Assembly: GCA_965198115.1 (NCBI GenBank)
Contig: OZ240241.1
Location: forward strand, 800,001-864,000
Reading direction: 5' to 3'
Length of the DNA: 64,000 nucleotides
DNA from: Candidatus Latescibacterota bacterium
GTDB taxonomy: Bacteria > Latescibacterota > UBA2968
Under the pieces are notes generated by a model. It was not told where the DNA came from. It saw nothing but the letters and a program-made list of their open reading frames with translations, and did not search any database. Position numbers and translations under genes: made by a program. The first letter of the stretch is position 1, and the number at the start of each line of letters is the position of its first letter. Positions 21,290-32,374 of the stretch are shown here, one piece after another.

Positions 21290-22027
21290 TCAGCGAATGT
21301 TTGCGACTTCCCGGTCGGTGACGACGTGGACCAGCCACCGGATCGCCCCGGACAGGCAGAAGACGAGTGCGACCGGGAAGAACGCCTCTTCGGTCGCGAT
21401 GACGACCAAGGCGAGCGCGCCGAAAGAGAGCGCGAGTCGGAACCGGTCTCGGGGAGTTTCGAACGTGAACCGGGGGAAGGCGGGGTAATCGAAAGGGCTG
21501 ACCATCAGGAAAGCCAGAAAGGCGCACAACGACAGGGCGACGTGGGGTTCCCGCGTGCTCTCCCATACCTGTTGGCTGAAAACGATGTAGCCGGCGAGCG
21601 TGGCTGCGGCTACTGGAATCGGGAGTCCGATGAAATCGGGTTTCACGGCATCCTCGTCCTCGTCGTGGTGCACGTTGAACCGAGCGAGTCTGAGCGCTCC
21701 GCAGAGAAGGAACACGAACGAGACGAGGAAGGGGAGCCAGCGGATCGTGAGCAGTGGTTCGAAGTAGTGCAGCATCAGGACGGCCGGTGCCACACCGAAC
21801 GAGCAGACGTCCGCGAGTGAGTCGAAATGCAGGCCGAACTGACCGTCGTCGGAGCCGTCGTCGAACAGGCGCGCGATTTTTCCGTCGAAAGCGTCGAGGA
21901 ACCCCGCGACGACGATGAGCCAGGAAGCTGGCACGAGTCGACCCTGGGCGGCGTAGTAGATCGACAGAAACCCGCAGAACAGGTTGCAGATCGTGAAGAG
22001 GCTCGGAACTGCTGCTCGTTTTGTCAT
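21290..22027 (-). CDS. pssA: CDP-diacylglycerol--serine O-phosphatidyltransferase
   Basis: DAFDGKIAR...FDSLADVCSFGVAP, ALRLARFN; adjacent to psd. Confidence 0.93.
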   Translation of the reverse strand: MTKRAAVPSLFTICNLFCGFLSIYYAAQGRLVPASWLIVVAGFLDAFDGKIARLFDDGSDDGQFGLHFDSLADVCSFGVAPAVLMLHYFEPLLTIRWLPFLVSFVFLLCGALRLARFNVHHDEDEDAVKPDFIGLPIPVAAATLAGYIVFSQQVWESTREPHVALSLCAFLAFLMVSPFDYPAFPRFTFETPRDRFRLALSFGALALVVIATEEAFFPVALVFCLSGAIRWLVHVVTDREVANIR

Positions 22028-22668
22028 GTTGCGATGACTCCGATAACCGTTTCGCCGCCACGTACCCGATCGTTGATAGCGACCCGAATGTCCGAGCCCG
22101 CCGGAAGGAAGTGGTCGATTCTGGATCCGAACCGGATCAGACCGAATCGCTCGCCCGCCTCGACCTGCTGCTGAGGGGCGAGCGTGCACACGATGCGACG
22201 TGCCACGAATCCGGCAATCTGTTTTACGGCGACCCGACCGGAGGCTCCCTCCAGGGTGATTTCGGTTCGCTCGTTGTCGTCGGACGCCTTGTCGACGAAG
22301 GCGAGTCTGAACTGCCCTGGGATGTGCTGCACGCTTTGGACCGTTCCGGCGCAGGGCGTCCGGTTCACGTGCACGTTGAAGATCGACAGGAAGACGCTGA
22401 CTTTGACGGCTTCGCCAACCCAGGCGTCCTGGACCTGTTCGACAGCGACGACCCGTCCGTCCCCGGAAGCCAGAATGGCGCCTGGGTCTGACGGTGGCAC
22501 GCGATCGGGATCCCTGAAAAAGAAAGCGATAAATCCCGTCAAGACAAGTAGTAACACGCCCAGCCCTTCAGCAAGTGGCGCATTCGACAGCACCGCCCAG
22601 CCGCTCGCGGCCAACGCGGGGATCCCGGTCGACAACAGAAAAGGTCGTGCGTCCCGAGCGATCCGCAT
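22024..22668 (-). CDS. psd: Phosphatidylserine decarboxylase
   Basis: FFRDPDR, NVHVNR, GLIRFGSR. Confidence 0.95.
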   Translation of the reverse strand: MRIARDARPFLLSTGIPALAASGWAVLSNAPLAEGLGVLLLVLTGFIAFFFRDPDRVPPSDPGAILASGDGRVVAVEQVQDAWVGEAVKVSVFLSIFNVHVNRTPCAGTVQSVQHIPGQFRLAFVDKASDDNERTEITLEGASGRVAVKQIAGFVARRIVCTLAPQQQVEAGERFGLIRFGSRIDHFLPAGSDIRVAINDRVRGGETVIGVIAT

Positions 22669-22670
22669 CG

Positions 22671-23786
22671 TCAGCTGTTAGGGTCGCGTTCGAGGACGAG
22701 CCTGGCGTTGAACACCACGCGACCCCGGAGAACGCGGAGCCCGTAAACCGCGCCCACACGTCCTTCGCGGAAGACCTCGACGACCTCGTCGGCGCTGTTG
22801 ACGATGGCCTGGTTGACCATGACGATGACGTCTCCGGGCACCAGGCCGGCTTTCTGTGCTGGGCTGGCTTCCTCGACGGAGGTGATGAGCGCGCCGGCGG
22901 AGGTGGCCAAGCGCATGGCGCGGGCGATGCGTCGGTTGTTGTTGTGGATGACGAGGCCGGTCCAGAAATCGGGGCTCCCACCCTCGATCAGCCGGGTCGC
23001 GACCTCTAGAGCCCGCTCGATCGGAATGGCGAACCCGATGCCGAGCGAACCGCCACTCTGAGAGAAGATGAAGGTGTTGACGCCGATCACCTGACCGAGG
23101 CTGTTGACGAGGGGGCCTCCGCTGTTGCCCGGGTTGATGGAGGCGTCCGTCTGGATCATGCCCTGGTAGATGCGGCCGTCTTCTTCGGGCCGAAAGTTGC
23201 GGTCGACCGCGCTGATCACACCTACGGTGACGGTAGGCTTGGGGTCTCGAATCGTCAAGCCGAAAGGATTTCCGATGGCGATGGCCCACTCCCCGATGAT
23301 GGCATCTTCCGAGCTGCCCAGCGGTGGAACATCGAGCTCCGTAGCGTCGACGCGGACGACGGCCAGGTCGTGCTGGCGATCCATGAGCACGTTGCCTGCC
23401 GTATCTGTCACTTCGAACTTTCGCCCGTCGGGAAAGGTGACGGAAATCTCACGGGCATTCTCCACAACGTGGCTGTTCGTGAGGATGTATCCATCTTCAC
23501 GGATGATGAAGCCCGAACCGACACTCGGTATACGTTCCCGGATGATGGCTGGGCCGCCGAAGAACGCGTCCCCCCAGAAAGGATCCCGGTAGCGGGGATA
23601 CTCCTTGTAACGGTGTGTGTTGATGCTGACGACGGCGCCCGAGGCCTTTCCGACGGCCCTTACGATCGCGTTGCGTCGCGTCGTGGCGATCTCGTCCTGG
23701 ACGAACACTTGAGCTGTCGCCGGCAGATTCGACGTCAAAGCCACCAGGCCGATCACGGTCACGGCGATGGGCGTCCATCGAGCCAC
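22671..23786 (-). CDS. HtrA/DegP-like serine protease with PDZ domain
   Basis: GSGFII, TNSHVV, TDASINPGNSGGPL. Confidence 0.92.
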   Translation of the reverse strand: MARWTPIAVTVIGLVALTSNLPATAQVFVQDEIATTRRNAIVRAVGKASGAVVSINTHRYKEYPRYRDPFWGDAFFGGPAIIRERIPSVGSGFIIREDGYILTNSHVVENAREISVTFPDGRKFEVTDTAGNVLMDRQHDLAVVRVDATELDVPPLGSSEDAIIGEWAIAIGNPFGLTIRDPKPTVTVGVISAVDRNFRPEEDGRIYQGMIQTDASINPGNSGGPLVNSLGQVIGVNTFIFSQSGGSLGIGFAIPIERALEVATRLIEGGSPDFWTGLVIHNNNRRIARAMRLATSAGALITSVEEASPAQKAGLVPGDVIVMVNQAIVNSADEVVEVFREGRVGAVYGLRVLRGRVVFNARLVLERDPNS

Positions 23787-23788
23787 AG

Positions 23789-24526
23789 TCAGACCTCGTA
23801 GTCCACTCGCTTCAGAAAGAGGCCCATCGGCGGAGCCGTAGAACTCGCCTCCCGACGGTCTTTCGCCTCCAGAATTTTCACTACCCTCTGTTCGTCGAGG
23901 GTCCCTCGTCCCACGTCGACCAGCGTGCCCACGATGCTCCTGACCATCGATCGGACGAAGCGATTCGCCTCTATGTCGAAGACCAGCGTGTCGGAGTCGG
24001 GTGTTCGCCAGGAACAGCGCGTGACATCGCACACGCGGGATTCCCGCTCCTCGGCCGCGACACAGAACGACGTAAAGTCGTGGCTACCTACCAGACGTCG
24101 CGCTGCCCGGTTCATGTGGTCGACGTCGAGGTGCGCCTTGACCCACCACGCGTAGGGTCGTCCGATGGCTCTGCGGCGTCTGGTGATCCGATATTCGTAG
24201 GCCCGGCATCGTGCGTCGTAGCGGGCGTGAAACGCATCGGACACCCTGTCGGCCGAGAGCACGCAGACGTCGCTTGGGAGCACGCCGTTGAGCGATCGGG
24301 CGATCTCGTTGGGCGTTCGGTCGCCGTCGTAGGGAAAGTTGACGACCTGGTCGAGCGCGTGAACGCCCGTGTCGGTCCTGCCCGCGGCCTGCACGCGAAT
24401 CGAGCTACCCGTAATCTGCGCGATGGCGGACTCGAGGGTGCCCTGAACCGTGCGTTCGTCGGGCTGGATCTGCCAGCCGCTGAATTCCGTTCCGTCGTAC
24501 TCGAGTCGCAGCCGGATGTTTCCCAT
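23789..24526 (-). CDS. truA: tRNA pseudouridine(38-40) synthase
   Basis: EYDGTEFSGWQ, AGRTDTGVHA, MVRSIVG. Confidence 0.97.
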   Translation of the reverse strand: MGNIRLRLEYDGTEFSGWQIQPDERTVQGTLESAIAQITGSSIRVQAAGRTDTGVHALDQVVNFPYDGDRTPNEIARSLNGVLPSDVCVLSADRVSDAFHARYDARCRAYEYRITRRRRAIGRPYAWWVKAHLDVDHMNRAARRLVGSHDFTSFCVAAEERESRVCDVTRCSWRTPDSDTLVFDIEANRFVRSMVRSIVGTLVDVGRGTLDEQRVVKILEAKDRREASSTAPPMGLFLKRVDYEV

Positions 24527-25326
24527 CAGGTCAGCAGAAGACCCGTACCGCCGATGACGCCGGTAGCGGTGAAGGCCACGTCGGCGGCGCCCATTTTCAA
24601 CTCACGATACCGGGTTCTGCCTGATCCTCCAGCATAACCGCGCGCCTCCATGGCGACGGCGAGTCGGTCGGCCCTGGCGTAGGCCGACACGAACAGGGGG
24701 ACCAGAAGGGGGATCAGCCTCCGCGCTCGATTGAGGATCGACCCCCCGAAATCCGCGCCTCGTGCGCGCTGAGCGTTGTAGATGCGTCCGGCTTCGTCGG
24801 CGAGGAAAGGGATGAAACGGAGCGCGATCGTCGCTGTCAACGCGAGTTCGTGAACGGGAATCCTGAACCGCTCGAACGGACGCAGCAGGCCTTCGAGTCC
24901 GTCGGCGAGGGAAAGGGGGGAGGTCGTGAGGGTCAAGAGGGATGTACCAAGGACGAGTACAGAGAGTCTGAGGCAGAGGAAGATGCCCCGCTCGACCCCC
25001 TCGGCGGTGAACGGGATCTCGGCGGCCGGGACCGAAAGCGGACGACCATCGACGAGCCAGGCGTTGAAAATCAGCGTGAGAAACAAGACGGGTGCCAAGG
25101 GTTTGAAATTGCCGAGGACGAGACTCAGAGGAAGCCGGCTCGCCCGGCCGATTGCCAGAAAGAGACAAAGTGCGGTGAGGAGCCACCCACTGCCTGCTGT
25201 GAGGGTCAGGGCGATCAGCCAGAGCGTGAAGGCGAGGATCTTCGCGCGGGGGTCCAGACGATGCATGGCCGATTCCCCCGGCACGAATCGACCCAGCGTG
25301 ATGGACTTTGAGAGAGGCAGGCTCAC
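24526..25326 (-). CDS. ecfT: ECF transporter transmembrane component T
   Basis: HRLDPRAK, ALRFIP, AQRARG, AMEARGY; start codon uncertain. Confidence 0.9.
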   Translation of the reverse strand: MSLPLSKSITLGRFVPGESAMHRLDPRAKILAFTLWLIALTLTAGSGWLLTALCLFLAIGRASRLPLSLVLGNFKPLAPVLFLTLIFNAWLVDGRPLSVPAAEIPFTAEGVERGIFLCLRLSVLVLGTSLLTLTTSPLSLADGLEGLLRPFERFRIPVHELALTATIALRFIPFLADEAGRIYNAQRARGADFGGSILNRARRLIPLLVPLFVSAYARADRLAVAMEARGYAGGSGRTRYRELKMGAADVAFTATGVIGGTGLLLT

Positions 25327-25649
25327 GGGTGCGGACCTGGTCGTAACCAGGGTGTCTGTCGTAGGGTTGCCGTGTTCGGTGTCGCGAAGGCCCCTCGTGA
25401 GGCGTTTCCGAGGCACAAATTACTGCCGTAACACGGTATAAATGCTTGAATTACGTTGCTGGGGCAGTGCGCGATAATATACCCACGGTCGAAGGTCCAG
25501 TCAACGACTTATTCCAAGTGCAACCATATGTGAAACAATTGGTTATGTGAAGGCGCGGAGTGAAAGCCATTTTCAGTCCGATCGCCCGGTGGGAGGCCTG
25601 AGAGCGGCGTTTCGGCCCGGCGCGACCCTTGCACGGTCCCGGGAGACCG

Positions 25650-28074
25650 ATGCGATGCCCAGCTCTCACAGCCGCTCTCTTTCTGGGTCTCGGAGTCGCC
25701 CTGGGGCAGGAGGCGGGACTCACGACGCCGTTGCTCCTGTCGCTGGCCGCCGCCGTCTGGCTCGTCGCGATTCTGAGGCTGGTTCACCGGCCCGACCGTC
25801 CTGGATCGGGACATTGGGTGATGGGGCTGATTGTCCTTTGCGGGGCCCTGCGTGCTGACCAGGACGCGCTCGATCCCTCTCCTCATCTGGCGGGAAATCC
25901 GGTCGAGCCATTCGGGGGCACTGTTTTGTCCGCTCCCGAGCCACGTCCCAAGGGATCGCGGGTCACGATCGATCTCCTCTGGGCAGGGCCGGATGGCCGG
26001 CCCGCGCGGGGCACCGTGCTCGTTCATTTTCGGGATTTCACACCCGATCTGCGGCCGGGGGACCGGATCCAGGTAGAGGCTGCGCTGGAAAGGCCCACAT
26101 CGGCGCGCAACGCGGGTGTGTTCGACTACGCAGCCTACCTGCGCGGGCGAGGCATCCATCGAACCGCCCGAGTCAAGCGTCGCGACCTGGTTCACGTGAT
26201 CGAGACAGGCTACGTCGGTTTGAGCGCGCGCGTCATCGGGTCGATCCGCCGGCACGTGCGAGTGTGCATTGGACGCAACCTGACCGGTGCACCGGCTGCC
26301 GTGCTCCAGGGAGTGCTGCTGGGTGATCGAAGCGCGTTGGAGGACGATGTCCGTGCGACCTTCACGCGGGCAGGTGTCGCACACGTCCTGGCTGTCTCGG
26401 GTCTGCACGTGGGACTGATCGCGGCGGGCGCGTTCTTCGTTCTGAGGGCCCTGGGGTGTGGGAGACGGATCACGGGTTGCGTGACGCTGCTGGTTGTCTG
26501 GCTCTATGCCGCTGTGACGGGCGGTTCTCCATCGGTGATACGGGCCGCGACGATGGCGACGACCGTCCTCGGGGGCGGTCTTCTCGATCGTGAAGGGAAC
26601 GCGCTGAACGGGTTGGGGTTCGCAGCGTGCCTCCTGCTCGCCTGGCGTCCGGGCGACCTGCAGGACGTGGGATTTCAGCTCTCGTTCGGGCGCGACGGCA
26701 GGCATTCTGCTTTTCTTCCGTCCCATCCGCGACAAGCTGCCGTTGAAAGCGTCGGCGCTCGGCAAGGTGGTGTTCGATCCGCTGGTTGTGTCTCTGGCGT
26801 CCCAGATCGGCACGCTCCCGATCGTGATGGGCGTCTTTGGTGTGGTTTCGATCGTCGGACTCGTGGCGAACCTGGTGGTTGTTCCTCTCTTCGGCGTTGC
26901 CACGGGTCTCGGTCTGGGTGCGGTCGTCGCCGGGTCGCTGTCGTCGATCGCCGGAACAGTGCTGAACGGCGCCAGCTGGTTGTTTCTATCGATGGGTCTC
27001 CGGCTGACGGCTCTGGCCGCCGCGCCCTCGTGGGCGATCCTGATGACTCCTCCACTGACCGGGCCGCTGATCGTGGCGTATGTCTGTTTCTGTCTGCTGA
27101 TCGCGGAGGAGGTGCGGCGTTCCTACGGGTGGGTCTGTCTGTGCGGGGGACTTCTTGCGCTGAATTTTCAGGTGTGGGACGGCGTCTTGCGGCGGGCAGA
27201 TCGGTTGGAGATGCACGTTCTGGATGTCGGTCAGGGGGACGCGATTTTTCTCCGGTTCCCGAACGGGCGTACGATGCTGGTGGATGGAGGACCGCGTCTC
27301 CGAGGATGGGACGCGGGGGAGCGCGTCGTGCTCCCGTTTCTGCGTCATTCAGGCGTCACGCGGATTGATGCGGTCGTTGGGTCGCATCCCCACAGTGATC
27401 ACATCGGTGGACTGGTTACGATCCTCGAACAGATGCCCGTGGGGACGTATATCGACGCCGGTCAACCCTACGATTCGTGGATGGCCGGCCGCATCCGAAC
27501 GGCCGTGGAGCAGCAGGGGATCCGCCACGTGGTGGTCGCGGCCGGTGATTCGATTTCGGGTCTGGGCGGCTGGGGAGGTGTCGTTTTGCTTCCGACCGCC
27601 AATTTCGTGAACGTGGAAGGACCCGCGCCTGTCGGGTTGAACAATGGTTCGGTTGTCATACGGCTGACACGAGGAGAGGATCAGAGCATCCTGCTGACCG
27701 GAGACACGGAGCACGAGACGGACCGGACCCTTATGGCGTGGGGCGAGCGGGCAAGGGGAAGAATCCTGAAGGTCGCCCACCACGGCTCGCGAACATCGTC
27801 ATCGCCGGCTTTTCTGGAAGCTGTACGACCGGAAGTCGCGCTGATTTCGTGCGGGATCGATAACAAGTTCAAACACCCATCGCCCGAAGTTCTACGTCGA
27901 TACGGCGCACGGGAGGTGCGTGTCGAGCGGACGGATCTGGTCGGAGCGGTCCGCGTTTGGATCGACGATGACGGGTACGGAGTTGGAACGTGGTTGGGTA
28001 AAACAGCAACGGCGGATGTGCGTGGACTCAGCACATCCGCCGTAGACTTAGAGGGCGGAGGAAGCACCCCGTGA
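25650..28074 (+). CDS. comEC: ComEC/Rec2 competence protein, frameshift near 26690
   Basis: HVLAVSGLHVG, GFQLSF, then LDVGQGD, SHPHSDHIGG, KVAHHGS in a second frame. Confidence 0.9.
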
Positions 28075-28528
28075 CGCGACGTATGGGATGCATCTCAGGA
28101 TTCCGACGCTCTGATTTTAGACGGACCTGAACCTGGCGCTATCTCCCCCAATAACGCCCGGTATGGTCCGAACAGAGCTAAGACTCCACCTTACGCGCGA
28201 AGCGAGATACCTCTCCGCCCAAATGGCGTCCGAGCATGCGGCTCGGATTCACTCGAGATCGTGTGTTGTCTTTCGGGTCAGACATTGAAACGACATCGTT
28301 GCGGGGGAGTTCGTCAGGAAGAACTTCGACTGCAGCGGGGGGGGGGTGGGTTTGAAAGGAGGGGGATGACAAAGTGGCGTAAAAGCGATGCGGTTGATTG
28401 TGCCATTTTGTCTGAAAATCCTCCTGGATGTTACCCGTCCCGACCGAGCTGGTGCGATGCGCAAGAAATACGCATATCCTCCTGTAGATAAAGGAGATAG
28501 ACACTTCCTGTCTTCAATATGCGTAGGC

Positions 28529-28557
28529 AATATAAGCGGGTGATCAGAGAGCGTCAA
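28529..28557 (-). promoter_or_regulatory. Sigma70-like promoter pointing into the comEC-accA gap
   Basis: TTGACG-17 bp-TATATT on the minus strand. Confidence 0.6.
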
Positions 28558-28817
28558 GTACTTATTTCCGCATTTTTCCGGCCTGTAGAGCCGCTTTTGC
28601 GATAAGGTCTTGTAACACAAAAGCATCGTTATCGAAACTTTTTTTGATGCGCATTTTTAGGCACAAACGGCCTCCACACGCAGTGCGAGATCGTGCGAAA
28701 AAAGATGCGGGTCACAAGCTGCATATATGACAAGTGTTTACTGTCGGCAGGCGCCGGTGTTGGGGAGTGGATCGGAGCGGTCAGTCTGACCGTGCTCAGC
28801 TTTTGCTCGGGCCGCGA

Positions 28818-29780
28818 TCACTCCTCCCACTTACCCATGCGACTGAATTTTTCGATGCGGCTGGGGACGATCTCGTCGAGCGGCCGCCGGGAGAGGTTTT
28901 CGATGGCCGACACGATTGCCTGCTTCAGGTGGGTGGCCGCGAGGGCTGGATCTTTGTGGGCTCCACCGAGGGGTTCGGGTACGATTTCGTCGACGATACC
29001 GAGTTCGACGAGATCCTGGGCGGACATTTTCATGTTTTCGGCCGCGACCTCTTTTTTGTCGCGGTCTCGCCACAGGATGAGCGAGCACGAATCGGGGTTG
29101 ATGACCGAGTACCACGCGTGCTCCATCATCAGAATCGTGTCCCCCACGCCGATGCCGAGAGCACCCCCGCTCGCCCCTTCGCCGATGATGGCGATCACGA
29201 TGGGGACGCGCAGCCGTGCCATGTCGAACAGGTTACGGGCGATGGCCTCGGCGACGCTCCGTTCTTCCGACCCGATGCCGGGGTAAGCTCCCGGTGTGTC
29301 GACGAGGCAAACGATCGGTCGCTGGAACTTTTCCGCCATCTTCATGAGACGAAGGGCCTTCCTGTAGCCCTCGGGATGGGCCATGCCGAAGTTGCGGTGA
29401 AGGTTTTCCTTCGTGTTGCGCCCCTTCTGCTGTCCGATTAGCATCACGGGTCGGTCTTCGATCCTTCCCAGACCAGCGATGATGGCGGGGTCGTCCCGGT
29501 AGAGCCGATCACCGTGGAGTTCGACGAAATCGGTGACGATCAGGTCGATGTAGTCTTTGGTGTAGGGGCGCTGTGGATGACGCGCAATCTGGACTTTTTG
29601 CCAGGCACTCAGGTCGTTGTATATCTCGTTCCTGAGCTTGTCGAGCCGCTGGTTGAGGGCCGCAATCTCGGCCGACACGTCCACGTGCTCGGACTCCGCG
29701 TGGGCGGTCATCTCCTCAATCTTTTGCTCGATCTCTTCGAGCGGTTTTTCAAAATCGAGGTAAGGTTTGCCGTTCGGCAT
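28818..29780 (-). CDS. accA: Acetyl-CoA carboxylase carboxyltransferase alpha
   Basis: [29 protein letters not shown]. Confidence 0.97.
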   Translation of the reverse strand: MPNGKPYLDFEKPLEEIEQKIEEMTAHAESEHVDVSAEIAALNQRLDKLRNEIYNDLSAWQKVQIARHPQRPYTKDYIDLIVTDFVELHGDRLYRDDPAIIAGLGRIEDRPVMLIGQQKGRNTKENLHRNFGMAHPEGYRKALRLMKMAEKFQRPIVCLVDTPGAYPGIGSEERSVAEAIARNLFDMARLRVPIVIAIIGEGASGGALGIGVGDTILMMEHAWYSVINPDSCSLILWRDRDKKEVAAENMKMSAQDLVELGIVDEIVPEPLGGAHKDPALAATHLKQAIVSAIENLSRRPLDEIVPSRIEKFSRMGKWEE

Positions 29781-29782
29781 CG

Positions 29783-30985
29783 CTACGGTTCCTGAATCGA
29801 ATGGACGGCACTCCGAACCCGGTCGAGGGCATCAATCAGCTGATCCTCGGGCAGGGTGTATGAGAACCGCACGTAGCCTGGCGCGCTGAAGCCCGTTCCC
29901 GGGACGGCAGCGACGCCCACTTCCTCCAGTAGATATCGGCAGAAGCCCACATCGTCCGGGATAGCATCTCCCAGCAGGCCCGTGATATCGGGGAAGACGT
30001 AGAAGGCGCCCCTCGGACGGGGGCAGACGATCCCATCGAGTGCGTCGAGTGTGTCTGCGATCGTGTTCCTGCGGCGCTCGAAGGTTGCCCTCATTTCGGC
30101 GACGGCGTCCTGGGGTCCCTCGAGGGCGGCGATCGCAGCGTGCTGGGAAATCGTGCAGGTGTTCGTCGTTTCCTGGCTCTGAACTTTGGCGATGTGGGAG
30201 ACCCATTCCCTGGGGCCGGCGCCGTATCCGACCCGCCAACCCGTCATGGCATAGGTTTTCGAGAACCCGTTGACCGTTAAACACCGGTCCACGACATCGG
30301 CATTCAGGGCGGCGATCGAGACGTGCTCGCCGTTTCCGTAGATGAAGTGCTCGTAGATCTCGTCGGAGATCGTGAACACTCCTGCATCCGCGATCAGGTC
30401 GGCCAGCGTCTGGAACCGGGCACGATCGTAGATCCCCCCCGTCGGATTGCACGGGCTGTTGAAGATGATCAGCTTCGACCGGTCGGAGAGCGCGGACATC
30501 AATTGACCGGGTGTGAGACAGAATCCGCCTTCTGGATCGGTCGGGACGATAATCGGGATGCCGTCCATCAGTTTGACCTGGTCGGCGTAGCTGACGTAGA
30601 GCGGTGCGGGAAGGATGACTTCGTCGCCCGGGTCGACGAGAGCGACGATGGCGTCGAAGATGACCTGCTTGGCCCCGCAGGTGACGACGATCTGCGACGT
30701 GTCGTAGCCGAGACCGTTTTCGCGCTCGAGCTTCCGGACGATGGCTTCTTTGAGCTCGATCAGACCGGAAGCGGGTACCGTGTATTTGGTCTTGCCATCG
30801 CGGATGGCCTTGATGCCGGCTTCCTTGATGTGGTCGGGTGTGTCAAAATCGGGTTCACCGGCGCTCATGGTGATGACGTCGCGACCCTGTCGAACGAGGT
30901 CGGCGGCCAACGCGGTCGTCGCCACGGTAGCAGAGGGCTCCATCGCGCGAACCCTGGAAGCGTATACGTGTTGGGAATCCGACAC
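29783..30985 (-). CDS. Class I/II PLP aminotransferase (aspartate aminotransferase-like)
   Basis: [32 protein letters not shown]. Confidence 0.92.
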   Translation of the reverse strand: MSDSQHVYASRVRAMEPSATVATTALAADLVRQGRDVITMSAGEPDFDTPDHIKEAGIKAIRDGKTKYTVPASGLIELKEAIVRKLERENGLGYDTSQIVVTCGAKQVIFDAIVALVDPGDEVILPAPLYVSYADQVKLMDGIPIIVPTDPEGGFCLTPGQLMSALSDRSKLIIFNSPCNPTGGIYDRARFQTLADLIADAGVFTISDEIYEHFIYGNGEHVSIAALNADVVDRCLTVNGFSKTYAMTGWRVGYGAGPREWVSHIAKVQSQETTNTCTISQHAAIAALEGPQDAVAEMRATFERRRNTIADTLDALDGIVCPRPRGAFYVFPDITGLLGDAIPDDVGFCRYLLEEVGVAAVPGTGFSAPGYVRFSYTLPEDQLIDALDRVRSAVHSIQEP

Positions 30986-30987
30986 GA

Positions 30988-32190
30988 TCAGGTCGTGTAT
31001 TCCGCGTTGATGCGGACGTAGTCGTAGGTGAGGTCGCAGGTGTAGAGGGTGGCTCCGGCGGGACCGGCGTCGAGATCGATGTCTATCGAGATTTCGTCGG
31101 CGCCGAGTGCTTCGACGGCCGCGTCGTGGTCGAACGGAACGCCTCCACCCGATGCGTAGATGGGGATACTCACAATCGAGACCGCCGCTCGATCCGGGTC
31201 AAAGTTAACGCCCGAGTAGCCCGCAGCGCAGAGGATGCGTCCCCAGTTGGGGTCTCGGCCGAACACGGCTGTCTTGACGAGGTTCGAGTTGGCGACCGAC
31301 AGGCCGACGGTGCGGGCATCCTCCTCATTTTGTGCGCCTCGAACCTCGATCGTGATGAGCTTGGTGGCGCCTTCGCCGTCGCGGGCGATCTGTCGGGCGA
31401 GGCTCGTGCAAACCTGCTGAAGAGCCGAAGCGAACGGTTCGACGTTGCCGTCGGATAGGGTGGCGCCCGACGCACCGTTGGCCAACACGAGTACCGTGTC
31501 GTTCGTGCTCATGTCACCGTCGACGGTGATGCAGTTGAAAGATCGCTGGACGGCGGCGGTGAGCTGGCTCTGGAGTTCCGAGGCTGGGAGTGCGGCATCG
31601 GTGACGACGAACGAGAGCATGGTCGCCATGTTCGGGGCGATCATTCCCGCGCCCTTGGCCATGCCGCTGACCGTCACCGTCGACCCCTCGACATCGAACG
31701 AGGCCGAAGCCGTTTTGGGCCGTGTGTCGGTCGTCATGATGGCCTCGGCTGCATCTTCCCAACCCGTCTCGCCGAGGCTCTTCACCGCGTCCTGAGCTCC
31801 CTTCAACAGGACGTCCATGGGCAAGGGCACACCGATCACGCCTGTGGAGTTGACGAGGACATCGTCGGCGGAGATGGACATCGTGTTCGCCAATTCGTGC
31901 GCCGTGCGAGCCGCATCCTGTTCCCCCGGTTCACCCGTACACGCGTTGGCGTTCCCGCTGTTGACGATGATGGCGCGGGCCGTTCCGGACTTCAGGTGAG
32001 CGCGGTTGAGGTGGACGGGCGCAGCCTGAACCCGGTTGGTCGTGAACACGCCTGCCGCCGACGCCTCCCGGTCGGAGACGATCAGGGCCAGGTCTTTCGT
32101 TCCTCCCTCCTTGATGCCGCACGCGAGACCGACCGCCCGAAAGTCGGCAGGTGGGTGAAAAGCGTGTTCCTCGAAGCGAATGTCGGCCAT
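30988..32190 (-). CDS. argJ: Ornithine acetyltransferase / N-acetylglutamate synthase
   Basis: IMTTDT, KGAGMIAPNMATML, DGEGATK, INAEYTT. Confidence 0.97.
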   Translation of the reverse strand: MADIRFEEHAFHPPADFRAVGLACGIKEGGTKDLALIVSDREASAAGVFTTNRVQAAPVHLNRAHLKSGTARAIIVNSGNANACTGEPGEQDAARTAHELANTMSISADDVLVNSTGVIGVPLPMDVLLKGAQDAVKSLGETGWEDAAEAIMTTDTRPKTASASFDVEGSTVTVSGMAKGAGMIAPNMATMLSFVVTDAALPASELQSQLTAAVQRSFNCITVDGDMSTNDTVLVLANGASGATLSDGNVEPFASALQQVCTSLARQIARDGEGATKLITIEVRGAQNEEDARTVGLSVANSNLVKTAVFGRDPNWGRILCAAGYSGVNFDPDRAAVSIVSIPIYASGGGVPFDHDAAVEALGADEISIDIDLDAGPAGATLYTCDLTYDYVRINAEYTT

Positions 32191-32363
32191 CAGAAAAGTA
32201 CCCGTTTGATGTTTCGGATGGCCTGGTGAATACGATGCTCGTTTTCGACCAGCCCGATGCGCACGTAACCGACCCCCTTTCGCCGGAGTTCCATCTTTCG
32301 GGTGTTGACCTGGCTGAAGACGTAGGGTGGCAGCCGTTCGATACGACGAGAGTGAATTCTCAT
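32190..32363 (-). pseudogene. AlaC/LL-DAP aminotransferase-like remnant: N- and C-termini fused in frame
   Basis: RIERLPPYVF...RRKGV joined to GYVRIGLVENEHRIHQAIRNIK; only 57 aa. Confidence 0.8.
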
Positions 32364-32374
32364 AAATCCTCGCC

